Shown: positions 26,607-36,524 of the stretch, in pieces | How positions within the stretch are numbered: the first letter of the stretch is position 1 | Layout of the letters: every line of letters starts with the position of its first letter | From: a bacterium | GTDB taxonomy: Bacteria; Chlamydiota; Chlamydiia; Chlamydiales; 2-12-FULL-49-11 | Reading direction: 5' to 3' | DNA length: 64,000 bases | NCBI GenBank assembly: GCA_021847505.1 | Contig: JAJZEO010000072.1 | Coordinates: 4,417 to 68,416, forward strand | The notes under the pieces: generated by a model | The model's database searches: none | What the model saw: the letters and a program-made list of their open reading frames with translations, nothing else | What the model was told of the DNA's origin: nothing | Made by a program: the position numbers and the translations under genes

Positions 26607-27374
26607 CTAAAACCACTTGGCAATTTCTTCATAGAGAGGTTCACCAGACTCCTTTCGGTGTATCACTAAAGGCTTATTGGTTGTCTCGACGACGGTGATG
26701 CTTTTCTCAACCTCATTAATGGCGACTTCCTCAGGCTTTAAATTAGATAGGGTAAGAAAGAGTGCGTTCCTTGTATCAAGTTTGATTAAGGTGGGATTTT
26801 GAGCATAGTATCTATGCAAATGCAGTTGGTCATTTTGCAATTCTAGATATTGTCTAAGGGGGATCTGATAATGATTCGAAATGACCTCATCAATCATAAG
26901 CTTGAGAAAGCCCACACGCCCCATATAAGCTCCTGAATCGAGGTATTTGAAGGATGAATCGGAAGAAGGGTATTTGATCCTTAACCCTGCTAAAGAATCC
27001 TTTGGTGTGAGCGCTTTTTCTGCTGAAAAAATGCACGGAGTATTCAAAGTTCTATAATGTTCTAAGAGTTCTTCTTCGGTTCCTAAAATTAGGGTATTAA
27101 ACGCATCAACATAAAGAACGATATCGCTATCAGGAAGGGTCTTCAAATATTCCTGGATTCTATAGAGTTTAGTAAACCCGTTTTTGAGAGGCCGTTCTAA
27201 ACCAATAACTTCTAGATCCATTCCATGGCTTAATGCGCTCGATCGAAGAAGGTCGAGCGATTGGTTTTGGAAGCTAACTACGGTACATAGATGGAGTTTT
27301 TGGTCAGGCAAAGCAGCCAGCTCTATAAGAGAAGTGGCACAAAGTATATTCAGGATGATCGCTTTTAGTTTCAT
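26607..27374 (-). CDS. Secreted glycosyltransferase-like protein homologous to the N-terminal GT domain of procollagen lysyl hydroxylases (PLOD/LH3 type)
   Basis: 255 aa with a signal peptide (MKLKAIILNILCATSLIELAA). By eye it is collinear with the LH3 N-terminal domain: KLHLCTVVS, DIVLYVDAFNTLILGTEEELLEHY, CIFSAEKALTP, YP...FKYLDSGAYMGRVGF, NDQLHLHRYY, LIKLDTRNALFLTLS, KPLVIH. Confidence 0.7.
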   Translation of the reverse strand: MKLKAIILNILCATSLIELAALPDQKLHLCTVVSFQNQSLDLLRSSALSHGMDLEVIGLERPLKNGFTKLYRIQEYLKTLPDSDIVLYVDAFNTLILGTEEELLEHYRTLNTPCIFSAEKALTPKDSLAGLRIKYPSSDSSFKYLDSGAYMGRVGFLKLMIDEVISNHYQIPLRQYLELQNDQLHLHRYYAQNPTLIKLDTRNALFLTLSNLKPEEVAINEVEKSITVVETTNKPLVIHRKESGEPLYEEIAKWF

Positions 27375-27970
27375 TAGAAACCTAAAGAAAAAGAAGCTTC
27401 TAATGTGGGCGTTGGTAAAAGAGTGCCCGCTCTCAATGCAAGTAGAGGCTGGTTGACATCAACCTGAAAAATTTGCCTAATGCGAGAGCTTCTGTTTCTT
27501 TCAATACCCGCAGAAATAACCCCTGAAAGACCATTGAATTCTTGTTTAGTCACCCCATTTTGAATCGATGACCAGGCTGATCCAAATCCTACATAGAGTG
27601 CACTTGGAGAGTGGGAATTTAGATATTTGAGGTAGAGGAGTTTTGGACCAAAGAAGTGAAAGATCGATTCGTTATCTTTGGTCTCTACAAATGCCCCTGA
27701 AAAAGAACAGTCAACAGCGCTGGTATTGCTCTCAGAGCGAAACCCAAGGCCGAGCCCAGGCATCACAGTGTTGTATTGTCCTAGGTTAGTAACTCCAGGT
27801 CCTAGCTTAATGTAGGGAATAAATCGTCTTGAATAATTAGCGTCGTAAATTGAAGAGGAACCGTCCTCTGCGAGCATTGCTGATTCATCGATCGAAGAGG
27901 TGATCGAAGGGGCGGCTGCATAGATTTGGGTGGCGGCTAATAATGCTAGGGATAACGAAATAAGTTTCAT
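27374..27970 (-). CDS. Small outer-membrane beta-barrel protein
   Basis: 198 aa with a signal peptide MKLISLSLALLAATQIYAA, alternating hydrophobic strands and a C-terminal aromatic signature ...EASFSLGF. The stop overlaps the start of the downstream GT gene by 1 nt. Confidence 0.6.
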   Translation of the reverse strand: MKLISLSLALLAATQIYAAAPSITSSIDESAMLAEDGSSSIYDANYSRRFIPYIKLGPGVTNLGQYNTVMPGLGLGFRSESNTSAVDCSFSGAFVETKDNESIFHFFGPKLLYLKYLNSHSPSALYVGFGSAWSSIQNGVTKQEFNGLSGVISAGIERNRSSRIRQIFQVDVNQPLLALRAGTLLPTPTLEASFSLGF

Positions 27971-28037
27971 GGGATTGACCTTAAGTTATGATCATTTGAA
28001 GGAATGATAAAGTAAGTTTCCTTGATTGTCAATAGAG

Positions 28038-29348
28038 CTAATTCATCAGTGAGCTTCTGAGTTGATTGAAGTAGTAAGCGATATCAGGGTTATTAGCATC
28101 GAGCTCTTCTTTGATTTGCTTGATCGAAGACATGACTGTTGAATGATCGCGACCAAAGAGATCACCTATCTTCATGTAGGGGAGCTTAAGCTCCTTTCTT
28201 AAGAGATACATGGCAATTTTTCTGGGGAGGACAGCATCTCTTGTTTGTGATTTGGAGAGGATATCTTCTTTTCGAATTCCGAAGGCGAGAGCGACCGAAT
28301 CTAAAATACGCTCTGGGTTGAGAAGTTGCTTTTGCTCCACGTCGGCAAGTTTTTTTAAAATAGGTTCAACATGGGAGAGTTCCAAAACCTGTAGAGGGGC
28401 CTCCATGTGACTTTGCAAATACTCTAAGGCTCTACTGAGAGCTGCCGGACTTGAAAAATTCTTCAATAGGTAGTTGCTGAGCACTTTGTTGATTTCTGAT
28501 TTGTAGAGGTGACTCCGCATTTCTAAAATCTGAGAAAGGATCGCCTGATCAAATGATTTCTCGAGCGGGAGTGATATCCCCCATTCAAAGCGGCTAATCA
28601 ATCTCTCTTCGATGTATTCAAGGTGTCTAGGGGGTGATCGTGAGCTCAATATGATTTGCTTTCCTGCAGTATGGAGAGTATTGAATGTATGAAAGAATTC
28701 CTCTTGAGTAGCAGCCTTTCGACCAAATACATCAACATCATCGATGATGAGAACATCGCAACTTCGGTATTGTTGTCTAAAGCTTTGCATTTTTGATGAT
28801 CGGATGGCATTGACGACATGTTGAGTAAACGTTTCTGCCTTCACAAAAAAGACTTTTAATCCACGGATAATGAGGTGATTGGCTGCGGCCATTAAAAGGT
28901 GAGTTTTTCCCGTTCCCGGAGGGCCATGGATGTAAATTGGATTGGGACGATTTGAGTCGCTACTATCAATTAAATTACACAAAATTTTGTAGGTCATTTC
29001 ATTGTTCTTTGACCATGCATATTGTTCAAAGGTGCAATGGGGGTAGATGACATCACTTTCAAACTTGAGGAAAGAAATTACCGGTTCAGAAAAGTCGGGC
29101 TCGCCACGTTTTTTTTCAATGACCTGCAGGTGGATATGAATCTGATGGCCGTTATTATTGCGAAATTTCTTTTTGGCTATCGGGAGGATGTGCTCCTCTA
29201 TCCACATGACCTGAAACGAATCCGTCGGCTCTAAATGGAGATTGCAGGCGTCAAAGCGTTGAATTTTGAGAGTTCGGAGCCATTTATCAATCGTCTCCTT
29301 CCCAAAAGACTTTTCCAATTCTATGAGAAATTCTTCCCATGCCTGCAT
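28038..29348 (-). CDS. dnaA: Chromosomal replication initiator protein DnaA
   Basis: 436 aa with Walker A GPPGTGKTHLL, Walker B LIIDDVDVF and the domain IV DNA-binding helix GRDHSTVMSSIKQI. Confidence 0.95.
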   Translation of the reverse strand: MQAWEEFLIELEKSFGKETIDKWLRTLKIQRFDACNLHLEPTDSFQVMWIEEHILPIAKKKFRNNNGHQIHIHLQVIEKKRGEPDFSEPVISFLKFESDVIYPHCTFEQYAWSKNNEMTYKILCNLIDSSDSNRPNPIYIHGPPGTGKTHLLMAAANHLIIRGLKVFFVKAETFTQHVVNAIRSSKMQSFRQQYRSCDVLIIDDVDVFGRKAATQEEFFHTFNTLHTAGKQIILSSRSPPRHLEYIEERLISRFEWGISLPLEKSFDQAILSQILEMRSHLYKSEINKVLSNYLLKNFSSPAALSRALEYLQSHMEAPLQVLELSHVEPILKKLADVEQKQLLNPERILDSVALAFGIRKEDILSKSQTRDAVLPRKIAMYLLRKELKLPYMKIGDLFGRDHSTVMSSIKQIKEELDANNPDIAYYFNQLRSSLMN

Positions 29349-29379
29349 TCTTGAACCTATCCGAATAATAAGTTTCTTA

Positions 29380-31224
29380 TTAACGGGCCTTCTTAGTTTT
29401 GGTTTTTTTGTTTGCCACTCTCATAACAAACCACTGCTGTACAATACCGAACAAAGAGGAGAAGATCCAGTAGATATTCAATCCCGAAGCCATATTGTAA
29501 AAGATGAAAATCATCACGATCGGTAATATGGTGGCCATGCTGTTCATCTGCTTCTGTTGATCTGTCAGCTCACCCTTTTGTTCTTGCATCCAGCTATTCA
29601 TTTTTCCTTGAACATAGGTCAAGGCCCCTAAAATGAGGGGGAGGAGGTGAAAATTGCTTCCAAGGAAGGGTAGAGGAGTGCCCCAGCTAAAGAGCACATC
29701 GGGTGCAGCTAGATTTTCAATCCAACCAGGAACAAAGCTAGCTCCACGCAATGCATAGTTAGACTGAAGCAATTGGTACATTCCGATCAAAAAGGGAAAC
29801 TGAAGGAGCATGGGGAGGCAACCCATGAAAGGATTAACCCTTTCATTGCGATAGAGCATCGCCATTTCCATCTGCATTCTCTTAGGATCGCTCTTGTACT
29901 TGTCTTGAATTGCCTTTTGTTTGGGGGCAATTTCTTGCATGCGCTTTTGTGATTTAAGGGCCCATTGGTTGAGGGGGTAGACTAAAACACGTAATAAGAG
30001 GGTGAGCAAAATGATCGAGAATCCCCAAGAACGAGTAAGTGAATAGAACATATTGAGGAAAATCGAAAGGAACTTGGCGAAGGGGTCGATCACTGATGAG
30101 AGCCAGCTCGAATATGACATGGCACTAGCGAGTTCATCATTGGTTCCATTTTGGGATAAGGCTTGATCGACACTAGATAAAACTTTCTTATCGAAGGGGC
30201 CTGCATAGATCAAGTATTTCATCGATTGAGAACTCATTTTGTAAGGAGTCAAAATCTCATAACCGGGAAATTTTTTTGCAGGGTAGGTCTTATAGTCAGG
30301 ATCAATGAGGCTTAAACGGGTAACAGCCTCTTCCCCATCAATTTTCTCAGTCTTCATACCCATTGATTGAGTAGAAAGCGAATCGATGATTAATCCAAAA
30401 AAACCATTCGAAATCCCGCTCCAAATGGGTCTCACAGAGTCATAGGTAACAGGACCGCTGGGAAGAGAGATCTTCTTTAATTTATGCTTCTTCCCTTCTA
30501 GACTGTTGTATTGCATGAGGGGAGAATATACCCCATTCATCAAATCAACCTCTGTAATCCCTGAAGAGAGCCACAACCCACCGGCATTGCCCTCTACTTG
30601 AAGCTCAAGTTCGATGGAATAGGGGGCTTCTTTAGAGAGATGGTAGGTCTTATGAATCGTGCGGTCTTGGCTTTTGCTTATAAATTCAATGGTGTCTTCC
30701 GAAAATCGAACAACTTCAAAAGGGGTAGTTTGGTGATGTTCTTCTTGAAGTAGGGCTGTTGCATAGAAGGAGGGCTGCATACGGAAGGTAAGCTCGCCTT
30801 TTTCATTTTTTAGACTTCGACGCAGTAAAGGGGTGTGTCCGCCAAAAGTGGGGTTTTGGAGGGTCTCTTTTCCTGAGGCATCGACAATGTGGTAAGGGAA
30901 GTTAGGAAAGTAAGCATTTTGCGGGGATTTCTCAGCAATCTGTTGATCAACGCCAATCTTTTCGATATCGCCTGTCACAACCAAGTTGATTTCGGCAATG
31001 GCTCCCTCTAACGTCGAAAACACGACTTGCTGTTTTTCATTCTGAAGGACATAGAAGTCTTCATTCAAAGGCAATACCGGCGCTGGCTTTGAGGCCTCGA
31101 CGACTTGCTCTACTTGTGTCTGAGAGGGGGCATTGCTTTCAATTTTGCGATCGAACCAATAGTTGTTCATGAGAAGAAATACCGTCGTCATGACAAAAAT
31201 GAAAATCAAAGATCGTTTATCCAT
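29380..31224 (-). CDS. yidC: Membrane protein insertase YidC
   Basis: 614 aa with an N-terminal TM, a large periplasmic domain and a conserved 60-kDa IMP core (WGFSIILLTLLLRVLVYPLN...MQEIAPKQKAIQDKYK...NPFMGCLPMLLQFPFLIGMY). Confidence 0.93.
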   Translation of the reverse strand: MDKRSLIFIFVMTTVFLLMNNYWFDRKIESNAPSQTQVEQVVEASKPAPVLPLNEDFYVLQNEKQQVVFSTLEGAIAEINLVVTGDIEKIGVDQQIAEKSPQNAYFPNFPYHIVDASGKETLQNPTFGGHTPLLRRSLKNEKGELTFRMQPSFYATALLQEEHHQTTPFEVVRFSEDTIEFISKSQDRTIHKTYHLSKEAPYSIELELQVEGNAGGLWLSSGITEVDLMNGVYSPLMQYNSLEGKKHKLKKISLPSGPVTYDSVRPIWSGISNGFFGLIIDSLSTQSMGMKTEKIDGEEAVTRLSLIDPDYKTYPAKKFPGYEILTPYKMSSQSMKYLIYAGPFDKKVLSSVDQALSQNGTNDELASAMSYSSWLSSVIDPFAKFLSIFLNMFYSLTRSWGFSIILLTLLLRVLVYPLNQWALKSQKRMQEIAPKQKAIQDKYKSDPKRMQMEMAMLYRNERVNPFMGCLPMLLQFPFLIGMYQLLQSNYALRGASFVPGWIENLAAPDVLFSWGTPLPFLGSNFHLLPLILGALTYVQGKMNSWMQEQKGELTDQQKQMNSMATILPIVMIFIFYNMASGLNIYWIFSSLFGIVQQWFVMRVANKKTKTKKAR

Positions 31225-31325
31225 CGGAATCCTATTTTAGCTTGGTCTTGGGGGAACTATACCACAAAAGAGATTATCCCCAAAGGAATTCAAAAATTTG
31301 AGCTAAACTATTTTAGAGGTCAAGA

Positions 31326-33341
31326 TTAGAGGTGAGAGATGAATGCTTGGAAAACCTCGGTATTTCTTAGGTTTTCAAGCCAGTCATCGCTGAGGACGTC
31401 ATCTAAGGCGGGCAAAGCATCAAAGGCTTCGGCCTTTTCAAGAAAGTAGATGGATTTTTCTAGTTGCACTGTAAGAGAATAGAGGCAAGCTAAGTGGTAA
31501 TAGGCCTCAACATTCCCCAGTTTGGCTGATTGGACCAATTTATACTCGGCTTCGCGAAGACTTTGTTCGCGCAAAGAGGCGTCCGGTGTGATTTGGGACA
31601 AGTTAATTAGGGAAAGGGCCCAATCGAGGATCAAGAGTTCGTTTTCCTCATTTGATTGGTAGGCAATTTTGTAGTGTGAGGAAGCTCTTTCAAAGATTTC
31701 AACGCTTTCGACAAGTTCCCCTAGGTGAGAGTAGACGTAAGCAATTTTGTAATGAATATCAGGATAATCAGGATCTAAGGTTAGCACTCTCTTTAAAATC
31801 TCTATCGCTTTGATGTAAAAGTGGTCTTCATCTGCGAGGTCTCCCATCAGATCCAAGGCCATGGCATACTTATAGAGCCAGTGTGGGTGTAAATAAACTG
31901 CGTTTCTCTGTAGGTTAAATGCCTGTTCAAAGCGGATAAGGGCTTGTTCTAAGGCTCCTTTATTTTGGCCACTTTCAGCCAGAGCTGTCAAAATGCAGGC
32001 ATACTCGTAGTAGTAAAGGCTATTGCAGCTAAGAGAAATCGCCTTGATGAAGAATTTGCCGGCTCTTTCGTAGAGTGAGGGGTCATTCTCTTCTTCAGCA
32101 AGGAGGGCATAGGTGTGTCCTAAATGGTACCAGAGAAAGTCTTTTGATCGATCAATCGACAAACCTTCTTGAAACTTTTCAATGGCTAGGTAGTAATAGT
32201 CGAGGTCCTTATAGTACTTGCCAAATGCAAACTGGACTCGCCCTTCTGCATGTAAAAGATAAGGGGTTGGAGAGAATTGATCGATGGCTTCCATGACTTT
32301 ATTGTTTGCTTCAAAAATCAGCTCAAGTCGGTCAGAGATGCATCCTAGGGTTGCAAGTGCAATTGCCCAGGTTTCCATCACTCTCTGTTGATTTTGTTTA
32401 CAGGCGTGGGCTCTATGGCATTTTTCAATGCAAGAATGGAGCCGTTTTGTGTCCGAAATGCGGATTCCTGATTCGAGTAAGAGCTGCGCCCAACTGTACC
32501 AAATCGTCTCGTTTTGTGGGTGAAGCTTTGCAGCACTGGTAAAGCACTCGTTGGCCTGGCAAAAATGGTCTTCATCGTGAGTTAAGGTATAGAGCTGGCT
32601 GAGGGCATGTGCCAATAGGTACCAACTTTTAAAGTGGGACTTTGACTTACTGATCGCAGTCTTGTGACAGTTGATTGCTTTTAGGTAGAGACGGACATCA
32701 TTGATCTGTTCACCTAGTTTAAGGGAAATCTCGCCAAAATCTTCCCAAAATGCCACGGGTAAGTCTTCATAGTAGCCAGCAGCCGCGGAATGGGCTTCCA
32801 ATGCCTCGCAAAGGTCGGAAGATTCGTTAGAATGTGCGGCAATATGAGCTAATACTTGGCCAAAATCCCACGAAATCTGGGCCGGTGCAAGGCCTGTAGT
32901 GCCATTCATAAGTTTTATAGCGTTAAGATACTTTTCTTTGGCCTCTAGGAAAAAATGAAATTCCTTAAATACTTGGCCTAGAATGAAGAGTGATTTGCCC
33001 CAAGCAGCCCAAGCGGAAATGAGTTCTGGGTTAAGTCCAACGGCCTTTTTAAAATGTTTATTCGCTAGTAGGAAAGTTTTTTTGACTCCTGTGTCTTGGG
33101 CAAAACGGAAGAGGGCGAGCCCTTGCTCATAAAATAATTCGTGATTTTCGGGGCTGAGGGTGGCAGCTAAAGAAAAAAGTTTAATTCCTTCAGCATCTCC
33201 TTGGGCTAGCTTCTTCTGGCCCTCTCTTAAAAGAAAGTCAGCATGGTTATAATTTTCTTGATCAAATAGCAGTGGATGGAAGTTGGACTCCACAGGATTT
33301 GCGGGTGACGAAGCTGAACGATTACAACCCTTTTTTGCCAT
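31326..33341 (-). CDS. Tetratricopeptide-repeat protein
   Basis: 671 aa of reiterated ~34-aa helical-hairpin repeats (W/Y..LG/A..Y...G....A...F..A pattern throughout). Confidence 0.75.
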   Translation of the reverse strand: MAKKGCNRSASSPANPVESNFHPLLFDQENYNHADFLLREGQKKLAQGDAEGIKLFSLAATLSPENHELFYEQGLALFRFAQDTGVKKTFLLANKHFKKAVGLNPELISAWAAWGKSLFILGQVFKEFHFFLEAKEKYLNAIKLMNGTTGLAPAQISWDFGQVLAHIAAHSNESSDLCEALEAHSAAAGYYEDLPVAFWEDFGEISLKLGEQINDVRLYLKAINCHKTAISKSKSHFKSWYLLAHALSQLYTLTHDEDHFCQANECFTSAAKLHPQNETIWYSWAQLLLESGIRISDTKRLHSCIEKCHRAHACKQNQQRVMETWAIALATLGCISDRLELIFEANNKVMEAIDQFSPTPYLLHAEGRVQFAFGKYYKDLDYYYLAIEKFQEGLSIDRSKDFLWYHLGHTYALLAEEENDPSLYERAGKFFIKAISLSCNSLYYYEYACILTALAESGQNKGALEQALIRFEQAFNLQRNAVYLHPHWLYKYAMALDLMGDLADEDHFYIKAIEILKRVLTLDPDYPDIHYKIAYVYSHLGELVESVEIFERASSHYKIAYQSNEENELLILDWALSLINLSQITPDASLREQSLREAEYKLVQSAKLGNVEAYYHLACLYSLTVQLEKSIYFLEKAEAFDALPALDDVLSDDWLENLRNTEVFQAFISHL

Positions 33342-33516
33342 AGATTCTCACCACATAAGTCTTTTGAGAAGTTTGTGATTATAGGAGAGTGTAGGTTTTT
33401 TCACAATGAGTTCTCGTCTGAAAAATTCCTTCTATCTTTGAAAAAAAACATTGTAGAGAAGATGAGTTGTAAAGAATAAGATGTTACAAAAAACAGAGTT
33501 TACATAAAATTAATTC

Positions 33517-33870
33517 ATGCTCATAAAACAAACTAGAATAGTCAGACTTTCCGAAACAGATGCTACAGGAATCGTGTACTTTACAAACATTTTCAAGTAT
33601 GCTTGCGAACTTTTTGAAGAGTACCTCTTGAAAAGAAAAATCACCCACCTTTTTCCCCTAGTTGACGCTAGAAGTAGTTTTTCCTCTCCCCTTAGAGCAG
33701 GGGATGAAATTGTAGTCGAGATGGAACAGTTGGAATTGGGAAATTCATCTTTAAAGGCGAGTTATAGAATCACAACAAGCGATAGGCTTGTTGCTGAAGT
33801 AGTGCTTACTCATGTAGCACTTTCGCGTGAGACAGAGGAGAAAATCCTCGTGGGCGCCTTAGGCTTATAG
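33517..33870 (+). CDS. 4HBT/YbgC-type hotdog-fold acyl-CoA thioesterase (candidate DHNA-CoA hydrolase)
   Basis: 117 aa. The N-terminal ETDATGIVYFTNIFKY contains the catalytic Asp context of 4HBT-class thioesterases. It is adjacent to the men operon, converging on mgtA with a 6-nt overlap. Confidence 0.65.
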   Translation: MLIKQTRIVRLSETDATGIVYFTNIFKYACELFEEYLLKRKITHLFPLVDARSSFSSPLRAGDEIVVEMEQLELGNSSLKASYRITTSDRLVAEVVLTHVALSRETEEKILVGALGL

Positions 33871-36519
33871 CCAAAACTGAAAGCGGCGGATAAACCAAAA
33901 TTTCATGACTTGTGTCGCAATCATGTACAGGACAATGATGGGGGCTAGGAAGAAGAAATATTCCAAGGGTAAGGGTTGCATTCCTAGGAGTAGACCCGTG
34001 TGAGAATAGGGGAGGAAGATTCCAATCGCCATCATAGTTAGGGTTGATATAAGGAGAAAAGGAGAGGGGAAGCTTTGGATAAAAGGAAGGTGCGCGGTTC
34101 GGAGCATATGCACAATGAGTACTTGAGAACAGAGTCCTTCAACAAACCACCCCGTCTGGAAGAGGGATTGAGAAGCAATCGTGTTGGCGCCAAAGTAAAA
34201 GAAGAGGACGCCAAATGTCAAATAGTCAAAAATGGAACTGAGTGGCCCCAAAAATACCATAAACTTCAAAATGCCTTTGGGGTTCCAACTTTTAGGCTTC
34301 TCTATAAAATCTGAGTCGACTCGATCGAAGGGTATGGCCAATTGAGAGAGGTCGTAAAGGAGGTTTTGAGTTAGAATTTGAAGGGGAAGCATAGGTAAGA
34401 AAGGAAAGAGTAAAGAGGCTCCGAGGATACTGAAAACGTTTCCAAAATTCGAACTAATCGCCATTTTGATGTACTTTAAAGTATTGGCAAAGGTCTTTCT
34501 TCCTTCTATAACGCCTTGTTTGAGGAACATGAGGTCTTTTTCAAGCATCACAATGTCGGAGGATTCCTTAGCTATGTCGACAGCACTGTCAACGGAAATT
34601 CCCACATCGGCTTCCCTAAGGGCTGCTGCATCATTAATTCCGTCTCCTAAAAATCCAACGCTATGACCTTGTTTTCTTAGAAGTGCAACGATCTCTGCTT
34701 TTTGAAGGGGGGCCAATTCCGCAAAAATACCTGCGGTTTCAACGGCATTTTCTTTCTCTTCTTCATTCCATTGGCTGAATTCTTGACCTGTAACTAATCT
34801 TTGGGAGGAAAGCTTTACCCATTCACAGACCTTTTTTGTGACAAGTGCATCATCGCCCGTTAATACTTTGATGTTCACCCCGTATTGCATCAAGGCTTTG
34901 ATTGCTTGCTCTGATGTCAGTTTTGGAGGGTCCAAAAAGGTCAAGATTCCGACCAAGGTCATCCCTTCTTCATCTTGCACATGGTATTCTTGCTTAATAG
35001 GAACCTCCTTGATTGCACAAGCAAGAGTTCTCATACCTTGGTTATTGATTTGCTTTTGTAACTGGAGAGCATTCGTCATTTGGTCTTCTGAAAGAGCAAG
35101 ATCGATACCGCCTTTTCTGACCTTTGTAACCACACTGGCTACAGAATAAAAGGCTCCCTTCATGATGAGGAGGTTTGATTCCTTCCCTTTGGATACGATA
35201 ACAGACATCCTTTTTCGGGTAAAATCAAAGGGGATCTCATCAACTTTTGTATAAACGGATGTTTCATTGTGAGTAAAAGGATGCTTTAGAATCGCTTGAT
35301 CAAGTAGGTTTTTCAATCCTGATTGGTAGGTGCTATTAAGAAATGCATATTGAAGAACTTGCTCGTCATCATCTCCTTCTAAGTTGATGTACCTTTCTAA
35401 CACCACTTGATCTTGGGTGAGAGTCCCTGTTTTATCCGTACACAAGATATCAATGGCCCCAAAATTTTGGATGCTGCTGAGTTGTTTCACAATCACTTTG
35501 CTCTTAGACATTCGAAGAGCTCCCTGAGCTAGGGTGGCTGTCACAATCATAGGAAGCATTTCTGGAGTGAGCCCCACAGCAACTGAGAGAGAGAACAAAA
35601 GCGATGTGAACCAGTCGCCTTTGTCAAGGCCGTTGATCACAAATACAACGGGTGTCATACAGGCCATTATCTGGATTAATAGCCAACTGACTTTATTTAT
35701 ACCTATGTCAAAATTTGTAAGGGGGTGCTTATGAACAATGGCTTCGGCAATAGAGGCTAGATAAGTATTGCGTCCTGTTTGAATGACGATACCTTTAGCA
35801 ATTCCACTAACTACGTTTGTTCCCATTAGACAAATGTTTGGAAGATCAAAAACTCTTTTTCCTGTGGCAGTTAAAGTGGCTCCCTCACCGCATTTTTCAA
35901 TTCCAAAGGCTTCGCCAGTAAAGGAGGATTGACTGATAAATAACTCATGCGCTGAGATAATCCTAAGATCAGCAGGGATCATGTCTCCCGCAGAGAGAGT
36001 GACGATATCTCCTGGCACCAAATTTTCAAGGGGAGTCTCTTGTTCATTGTCGCGAATTACCGTTGCTTTCGTAGTGACAAGGGATTTCAGATGAGAAAAG
36101 GCTTTTTCAGAGCGCATCTCTTGAATGAAACGCATGATGACCCCCAAAAAGACCATCACTAAAATGATCGTTACCGTTTGGTAATTATGGAGGATAAAAG
36201 AAATTCCGCTGAGTGCAAGGAGAAGGAGTACGAAAGGGTTGGAAAAATTGTGAAATAACGTAGTGTACCAAGGATGAGGCTTATCCGAAATGATCTCATT
36301 TTGCCCCCACTTTTTTCTTAGCCGATCTATGTCCCTCTCATGCAATCCATTTTCAGAGGTCTTGTAATGGCGAAAAAGTTCATTTAACGGCATTTCAGAC
36401 AATCTGCGGTATTCAACCCCTTTTTCAGGAGCAACCCCGGCTTTTCCTGTTCTGTGCAGGGAGAATAGATGCTTCAGAATCCATTTGCTATGCCCGCGAT
36501 GGCGTACAGATCTTCTCAT
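33865..36519 (-). CDS. mgtA: Mg2+-importing P-type ATPase (MgtA/MgtB type)
   Basis: The motifs are CTDKTGTLTQD (phosphorylation site), TGDDALV, GDGINDAAAL and an MgtA-like N-terminus (NPFVLLLLALSGISF). The track start at 36528 is TTG. The ATG at 36519 lies 6 nt after the menE stop. Confidence 0.9.
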   Translation of the reverse strand: MRRSVRHRGHSKWILKHLFSLHRTGKAGVAPEKGVEYRRLSEMPLNELFRHYKTSENGLHERDIDRLRKKWGQNEIISDKPHPWYTTLFHNFSNPFVLLLLALSGISFILHNYQTVTIILVMVFLGVIMRFIQEMRSEKAFSHLKSLVTTKATVIRDNEQETPLENLVPGDIVTLSAGDMIPADLRIISAHELFISQSSFTGEAFGIEKCGEGATLTATGKRVFDLPNICLMGTNVVSGIAKGIVIQTGRNTYLASIAEAIVHKHPLTNFDIGINKVSWLLIQIMACMTPVVFVINGLDKGDWFTSLLFSLSVAVGLTPEMLPMIVTATLAQGALRMSKSKVIVKQLSSIQNFGAIDILCTDKTGTLTQDQVVLERYINLEGDDDEQVLQYAFLNSTYQSGLKNLLDQAILKHPFTHNETSVYTKVDEIPFDFTRKRMSVIVSKGKESNLLIMKGAFYSVASVVTKVRKGGIDLALSEDQMTNALQLQKQINNQGMRTLACAIKEVPIKQEYHVQDEEGMTLVGILTFLDPPKLTSEQAIKALMQYGVNIKVLTGDDALVTKKVCEWVKLSSQRLVTGQEFSQWNEEEKENAVETAGIFAELAPLQKAEIVALLRKQGHSVGFLGDGINDAAALREADVGISVDSAVDIAKESSDIVMLEKDLMFLKQGVIEGRKTFANTLKYIKMAISSNFGNVFSILGASLLFPFLPMLPLQILTQNLLYDLSQLAIPFDRVDSDFIEKPKSWNPKGILKFMVFLGPLSSIFDYLTFGVLFFYFGANTIASQSLFQTGWFVEGLCSQVLIVHMLRTAHLPFIQSFPSPFLLISTLTMMAIGIFLPYSHTGLLLGMQPLPLEYFFFLAPIIVLYMIATQVMKFWFIRRFQFWL

Positions 36520-36524
36520 GTACG

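Noticed and set aside
31274-31282. DnaA-box-like 9-mers: TTATCCCCA upstream of the yidC-dnaA unit and CTATCCACA at 29198..29206 inside dnaA. These are a possible oriC.
   Set aside because: Each is a single 8/9 match, and one lies inside coding sequence. There is no cluster of boxes and no AT-rich unwinding element in the short intergenic regions around dnaA. This is insufficient to call an origin. It may at most be an autoregulatory site.
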